Assembly: GCF_009914755.1 (NCBI RefSeq)
Contig: NC_060925.1
Reading direction: 5' to 3' (one strand)
Source of the DNA: the human T2T-CHM13v2.0 reference genome, Homo sapiens
Length of the DNA stretch: 64,000 nt
Both the position numbers and the translations under genes were made by a program. The notes under the pieces are model-generated. The model searched no databases. It saw nothing but the letters and a program-made list of their open reading frames with translations, and was not told the DNA's origin. Shown in pieces: positions 56,601-64,000 of this stretch (positions are counted from its first letter, which is position 1; the number at the start of each line of letters is the position of its first letter).

Positions 56601-58088
56601 AAAAATATTCCGATTTTCCTTGTGTTGCGTAGAATGATTTTAAGGATGCAAGTGAAACTTTAAATTCTAAAATGCCCTAAACATAAGATGTTTGTCATGC
56701 AATATTAGTTTTAAAATTTCAGTAATCTTAAGGGCATATGTGCACTTAAATGATTCGGAAGTCCTACTCTAGAATTATCTTGATCAATTTATCAAATTTT
56801 ATACCACATGTTTCCTTCCTCTTCTGTTACACGGTCTCAGAGTATTTTACTCTTATTACAGGTTGTGAGAATAAAAACAGGAAAAATGGTTTTGTTTTAG
56901 AATTCTTTCTACACATCCCTCCCCTTCATTCCGAATAGCACATGATTTGGGGCTGGCAGAAGCCTCTCTAACTAGAACATTCGTTAACCTAGCCAAGACA
57001 GCAGCCAATATTGAATCAGAGGGACAGCCAGAAGCCTGCCTCTGACCAAGGTAAAAAAATGAGAATCACTTTTGGGATGTCCCTCTCTTACATTCACCTC
57101 TTGTCCCCACCCTCCTCGCCTCATACTCAGAGGCTGGAACGACCGACAGGACAACCTGAGAGTCCCTCTTCAGGTCTCATATGTCAGTGCTCTCTTACAG
57201 CAATTGCTTTCCAGCCTTACCCTGAACAAGTGGAGATGGTGTAAATTTGAACTTTGATATTAAAGTGCACTCCAAATATAAATCATTTCCAATTCCTCTC
57301 CTGGTCTTCTCTGGGTAGGCTTTCCTGGCCCTCATGTTGAGGGGCCATGCCCTTCCTCTGAGCTTGCTCTCATGGACAACTCAGCTCTTTCACTCTAACT
57401 ATGGTTTTACTGTGTGTGCTCCTTGCCAGACAGAGGAAATCTCAAGGGAAAAACAGTATCATATCCATCCTTGCAACTTTCATATCTCTTTTAGTCCCTG
57501 GTACACAGTAGGTACACGGTAAATGTTTGCTTGATTGAGTTTTTGTGGATTTACTTCAATCAAACTCTGCTTTTAATCAGTACTTTGAGTAAGAATTTTG
57601 GGGCACCTACTCTATATCAGACCCTTCGCCAGACACTGGTGATAGAAAGATAGTTGAGACAGATCCCTAGGTCTTGAGACGTTACAATTCAGAAGGGGAT
57701 ATTGATGATTCACTAGTAAACACAAACCAAAATTCTAAGGGAGCAACAAGAAGGAAAACTTCACAGAGGAAGTGACACTTGAGCTGGGGCTTGATGAATG
57801 TGTAGAATTATGTCAGGCAACAAAAGAGGAAGAAGCATGTTCTGTTAGATCTAGATTTCAATTGACCTCACATTGCCTTTCTGTCTTACTCCAGAAGAAC
57901 CTCTGTTCCTTTGTAAATTACTGTGAGTATCTGAAGGATGGATGAAGGTTGCTGAGGGGAAAAGTAAAGCAGGACCCAGGCAGTAAGACAATTTCCTTCA
58001 TTGCCCTCTCCTCTGTTCACAGTGCAATTATAAATGTGAAAAAATAACAAGATGTAATGCAATGAGCAAATATAGCATGGCAATGGTA

Positions 58089-58419
58089 CAGTCTTGTGTC
58101 ACCTAATGACAGGAATACATTCTGACAGATGCACCATTAGGCGATTTCATTGTTGTACAAACATCCTAGAGTGTTCTTACACAAACCTAGATGGTATAGC
58201 CCACTACACAGCTAGTTTGTGTGGTATAGCCTGTTGCTCCTAGGCTACAAACCTGTACAGCATGTTACTGTACTGAATACTGTAGGCATTTGTCACACAA
58301 TGATAAGTGTGTATCTCAACACAGAAAAGGTACAGTAAAAATATGATATCATCATCTTATGGGTCCACCGTCATATATGTGGTTCATCATCAACTGAAAT
58401 GTTGTGCAGCATATAACTG
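58089..58419 (+). mobile_element. Tigger3a/MER7A-type MITE
   Basis: cagtc...aactg ends with TA TSDs; acacaaacctagatggtatagcc motif. Confidence 0.82.
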
Positions 58420-59730
58420 TACTTAAAATATCACTGTGTCATCAAAATAATGAACAAATGAAAAGTTGTCTAAGTAAACCTACAGAATAAACTGTTCGAA
58501 TTCTACAGGTTTTATGCAGTAGTGCCTCTTAGATTAGTGGTTAAAAATATAAATATGGAATTTTAAACTACAAATTTGGGAAACGATCAAACATTTTTAA
58601 ATATATGACAACTAAATTGTTAAAATCTAAAGTGAATTCAAGTTTGGGGTTTTTTTTTTTGAGGGTAGGGAAGTGATTTTTAGAAAATGATTTCAATTTC
58701 ATTAGTTGATCTAATTGCTTGTGTATGCCATATATGTTTGTCATTAAAATGACTGAAATTAGATATTCCATATTTCAATCTTATTTCCTGGGAAATCTTA
58801 AGAGAAACAGATTATCTAACTTTTTTGGGCTGGGGAATCCACAATTTTAAGAAAAAGTAGGTTAATTCATAGTTAACACAAGGCAGGATTTCGGTAGGCA
58901 AAAGAATACATCCACATTTAAGCTGAGGTTTGAAAAACTTGCCCTCCCTGCCAACTCTAATTTCTACATGCATGTACTATACAGAAAACAATTGCAAACA
59001 TACGAGAGAGAAGGAACAATCATATAATCAGGAGTGATGGTTATCTTTGTTTTCAAGATATCAACATTTTCAGCTGCTAGGCAAGTGCCTTCATTTTATT
59101 AATCACATGCTCCCAAGCCTAACATAATCTTAGGACATTTTTGCAAGCTGTGGACATGCCAGGTGCTTGGACTGCCAGCAGCACATTTAAAAAATAATGT
59201 GTTGTTTGTATTTATCTGGTTGCAACCAGTTAAACACTACACTGACCAAATTGGCTGGAACAAACATCTTTTATTAACACACATTTAACAGGATTTAAAA
59301 TATTCATAGAAAATGTGCATTATGATTATTTGGCATCAGCACACTAGATTTTTAAAAATGCATGGAACTGGATATTGGTGGCACACTGGTGTAAATGACA
59401 AATTATTTGAAAAAAAAATCTATTAAAATTCTTCACATCCTGTTTCCCTGTCCATGATAACTTCTCTGCACCCATGCATTTGCTTCTCTGGCTGTAGCTC
59501 ATTGCCTGCCTAGATTTCTCTTTGTGGTTTCACCTGTGTCACAGGCTTGCTGAAAATCACTGTCTTGAAATGTCACACTAAAAATATTGCCATTGGTGAC
59601 CCATTTTGGCACTGGAAAGCTGTGAGGCTGTGGCTGATGCAGAAAGGTGCCTGTTGATGGTATGGAATTTAAATGTGGGCACGAGGCGACTTCTCTGTTT
59701 CGTTCTGTAAGACGATATGTGAAATTTCTA

Positions 59731-60318
<588 letters not shown>

Positions 60319-62424
60319 TCAGTCTTTGTCAACTCAATTGCATATCCTTTCAGAGATGGCATCCATCTCCACTGACATCTAAAATATACAGTACCCTGTC
60401 ACCATGTCTCAGGTGCACTGCTAACGTAACCTGCAGGTACACATGGCCTCCTTCCAGTTCTTTGCTATGTATGTGACTTCACAGTGTATACACAAAGCAG
60501 AGGAAGGAAGAGTTCATTCATTTTGGGGAACGGATTTAAACACAAATAATGGTTATGAGTTGATACCTGCTATTTATTCAAGTGTTACTAATTCTTACTT
60601 AAGGAAAATGAAGGGTTAATACCACTCACTTTAAACTCAAGCCCTAAATACCACAACAATGGAGGGTCTCTGGGTATGAAAATTCTAACCATGTGTATGT
60701 GTGGTCTATAAGGCTTGTTTTATAGTAAAAAGGAGACCAAAGGTAAGTTTGCTCAACAAAGGATGCTATGCTAATTGGTATTTTACAATATTTTGGACTT
60801 TTGCTTATTTATGTGCTACCTCCCTGCCTATAGATGGCAGGTCATGGCCCTCATTCAGTGAAAATTGTGGGGAGATTACCGCTGAGGAAGTTTGAGTGTT
60901 GCCCTTTCTCTAGGAGAATAAAGAATGCTGTGCCAAAAAAAAAAATGCTTTCTCCCTTCTTCCAAGCATTCTATTGAGCCATCACCTCTGCAGTGGGTTG
61001 AATAATTATTTTTGGCTAATCTTTATTTAGTGCCATCAAGCATGCTGCTATATATAAGAAGGAGATTACAAATCTATCTTCAGTTGTTTCAAATGTTTCT
61101 TCAAAAATCTATTTTGAGTGTGAAGTCTTCAGTCCATAAATCTGGTGATCATGGTGTCCAGATTCCCCAGAGTGTATGTAATGTTCCTCCTAAAAGGTGG
61201 TGAATTAATGCTTTCTGGACTTTGGGTGCCATTTATCGTACTGTGCTGATAATTTACTAAATGATACCCTTGAGAACAAAAACACTGAGTGTCCCCTTGC
61301 AAAGTAGCTAACTTTCTCCCAGGGAGTAATTACGAATTGGAAGAAATGAATTAAGTAACATACATTATTGCTCATAAAGGTGGCTTTTTTTTGTAAAAAT
61401 AAAGTCAACTTTAAACAAGATAGATTGTACTGATAATGTCTAATTTGATGTCTTATCTTCACTAAAATAATGCAATTAAAGGTATTATAGAAATAAAACA
61501 ATACATTTAATAAACAATTGATATTGTTGCAAATACCATACTTTTGTGTTAATATCTAGGCTTTTGAAAGTCACTTAACGTTCTCATTGGATATAGAGCC
61601 AGCATAGCAATGGGCCAGCAGAGAACATTGCCTAAGAAGCCTATGATTAAAAGACTTCACAAGATTAACTCAAAAAACCTAACTGTTCAAAGATACAATG
61701 TCCTTATTCACTCTGTGTAGCTTGATTTAATTTCTAACTTTTCTTTAAAAACCCCTCTACTTTCATATATATGCTTTTATAGAGGTAATTTGTATAAAAC
61801 CAAATGTTATAGTCATGTATTTATTCCCAAATATAATCTAGCAAATATATGCAAAAATAACTTTTTAGTGAACAACTAGAAAATTCTCTTTATTGGTTGA
61901 ATAAAGAAATCTTAATCCACCTTTTGTAATATACTGCTATCAGATTATACTTCTCTATGCTGAAGGCTGTCTTTGGGGTATGAGTAGAAGCAGGAAAATG
62001 AAACCTGTTTCCAGGAACAAGTATATGTAAGCAGCCTCATGAAGTAAGGTCCATATTTCATTTTCTTCTGCCTGCCAGAATTTCTCCGAAACAGAGAACA
62101 TTCAGTCATAAAGCAGAAGATGACAACCTTTCTCTTGCAGGGCGCTAAGATGTACCCTGAAGGATAGAATGGGGCCATATCATAATTTATAGTGAATTAC
62201 TTTGTCCTGTCTGTAGGCCTAACCCTCCAACCCTCCAAGACCACATTATTCTTCTTTCTGGAGAGACTGACCACCTTTGCTCACTCTCTTGCCCTAGAAA
62301 AGGTTATTGTCACTAAACAACAAGTAAATAAGGGAGGCTCATTTCTTTGCTTTGGAAAAAATTGAAGACATTTTAAGCTCCCTATGTAGAAGACATTTGG
62401 CTGTGTATTGTTCAGACCACTTAC

Positions 62425-62567
62425 TGTCCTCTGCGGTCATGAATGGAATCCAAGAACTATGTGCACTGCCAAATCCATTGGAGGCAACCAACCGAAACAT
62501 ATACTCTGTGTACGGTTGGAGATCACTCACTTCATAGCTTAACGATGCAGAAGGATTGGAAAATAAC
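62425..62567 (-). CDS. USH2A: USH2A exon 40 (143 nt): LFSNPSASLSYEVSDLQPYTEYMFRLVASNGFGSAHSSWIPFMTAED
   Basis: Acceptor catacag|GTTA, donor GACA|gtaagt; LxPYTxY FN3 motif; phase joins exons 39 and 41. Confidence 0.95.
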
Positions 62568-63104
62568 CTGTATGGGAAATAAATGTCAATTAGGAAGTTT
62601 TCGACATTCAAAGAAATAAAAGCAAGTAAATTTCTTACTACAAAAAAATTTTAGAGGATGTCAACATACATTTAAGTATTGTAATTTTCTGCCATCAAAT
62701 GAGATCTCTTTTAAAATAAGTAGCCATTGGCTGAGTCTGTAATCTTGTGTTTATACGAGATGTAAATCCTAGTAGTATTGAGACTGACTGCCATGTGGAT
62801 TTGTAGAATAGGTATTATAATTTGTTAGCGACAGTTCAGACATCATTTTGTTAGTTTCATTGCTTTATGTAATGCATGTGCTCATGAAAAGTTTCAGTGG
62901 GAAGAAATCCTACTTTAAATGCTACATAAATGAAAAATAGATATTTTTGCAAAGCAAATGATTATCCTCTAATTGTTTGGGGTTTTTTTGTACTTTTAAA
63001 AGGTAACCTATATTTTTTGCAAATGAGAACTGACCTACTCTTCAAAAATGTTATGTCTATATTGTATAACCCAGCTGATAGAATGGACAAAGTAGAATGC
63101 TCAC

Positions 63105-63255
63105 TCTAGAAATCCATGGGTGGAGTCGCCAGACCTCATCTGGAGTTGGTATCTGGGAGAGCCAGGAGCGTTATTACGAGCTGGTGTAGACCAGACAACC
63201 TGAAGACTGGTTGGAGTGGCAGATGAAAGCCTGGGAGGCAGCACGCCATCTGGAG
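63105..63255 (-). CDS. USH2A: USH2A exon 39 (151 nt), FN3 repeat: APDGVLPPRLSSATPTSLQVVWSTPARNNAPGSPRYQLQMRSGDSTHGFLE
   Basis: Acceptor tgtgtttttcgacag|CTCC, donor CTAGA|gtgagc; FN3 translation within ORF 63101..63376; length fits c.7301-7451. Confidence 0.95.
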
Positions 63256-64000
63256 CTGTCGAAAAACACAGATGAATTAGAGCAGAGAAAACTGTGGAGA
63301 ACATATGCTGGATGGAATCGAAATGCTCCATATACTGGAAAAACTGTTCCTCAGGATCAACAACAATGTTAAACATGGTCCATTTAATTTAACATTTTCA
63401 TTCCTGAACTCCTGTACTTCCTTATTGTTCATTTCAACACAATTACATTAGTATTTCAGTCTTAAAAGCCGGCCCCCAAACAGCAAGACAAATGAATATG
63501 CAGCACATTCCCACCTGTACTTCTGTTTATCTAATTGAAAACATGGAGGGAATTTAGTGAAGCAAATATTAAAGTACCTTTTTCATTTAACTCTTTGTTC
63601 AACAGACCAAACAATTGAACACTGAAGCAGTCCAGATCTCATATTCTTCCCCCCGATATCATCCATTGCTGCCTTAATCACACCACTACATGTGAACACA
63701 ATGGCTTTCTTTTCCTTTCTTTTTTTTTTTGGAGGAAGGGAAGTTAGCTAAAATTGTATTTTTCTGGAATGATAAATAAACATGAATGGCTGAATACAGT
63801 GTATTCCAGCCTTAATGCTCACCCATGAAAATATAAAAAGTAAACTTTTTTCCCTATGTGTTTTATACAATTACCCTTCTCAGAGTTATCCCTTCTCCTG
63901 CCCTTACTCAATTTTGCAAGTTGGAACATGCATACCACTTTTTCTAGTCTAGTTGAGTCTCCGGAAAATCTGTTCTGACTTCAACATACCTGCTTGGTAC

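Overview
This is human genomic DNA from chr1q41, an internal segment of USH2A (usherin) on the minus strand. I located nine consecutive coding exons by their GT/AG boundaries and fibronectin type III (FN3) translations. Their lengths (151, 143, 629, 335, 123, 164, 210, 203, 113 nt) and phases join into one open frame and match USH2A exons 39-47 (about c.7301-c.9371, aa ~2434-3124; numbering recalled from the long isoform). The rest is intron, rich in L1, Alu, MaLR/ERV1 LTR, DNA-transposon, MIR and L2 relics. Most listed ORFs are L1, THE1 or Alu remnants or chance ORFs. I see no novel gene system. Highlights: (i) three latent pseudoexon splice sites, each one base from activation, coinciding with known deep-intronic USH2A disease alleles (the 152-nt PE40 reproduces Lys2532Thrfs*56); (ii) several locally templated duplication scars, including a 278-bp copy of flank plus half an Alu pasted into an L1 2.2 kb away; (iii) a full-length sense-oriented THE1 element with DUX4 motifs, a lost 5'-LTR poly(A) signal and a perfect splice donor; (iv) an AT-rich palindrome and a tight inverted Alu pair. 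Repeat subfamily names are from recognition, not a database search.
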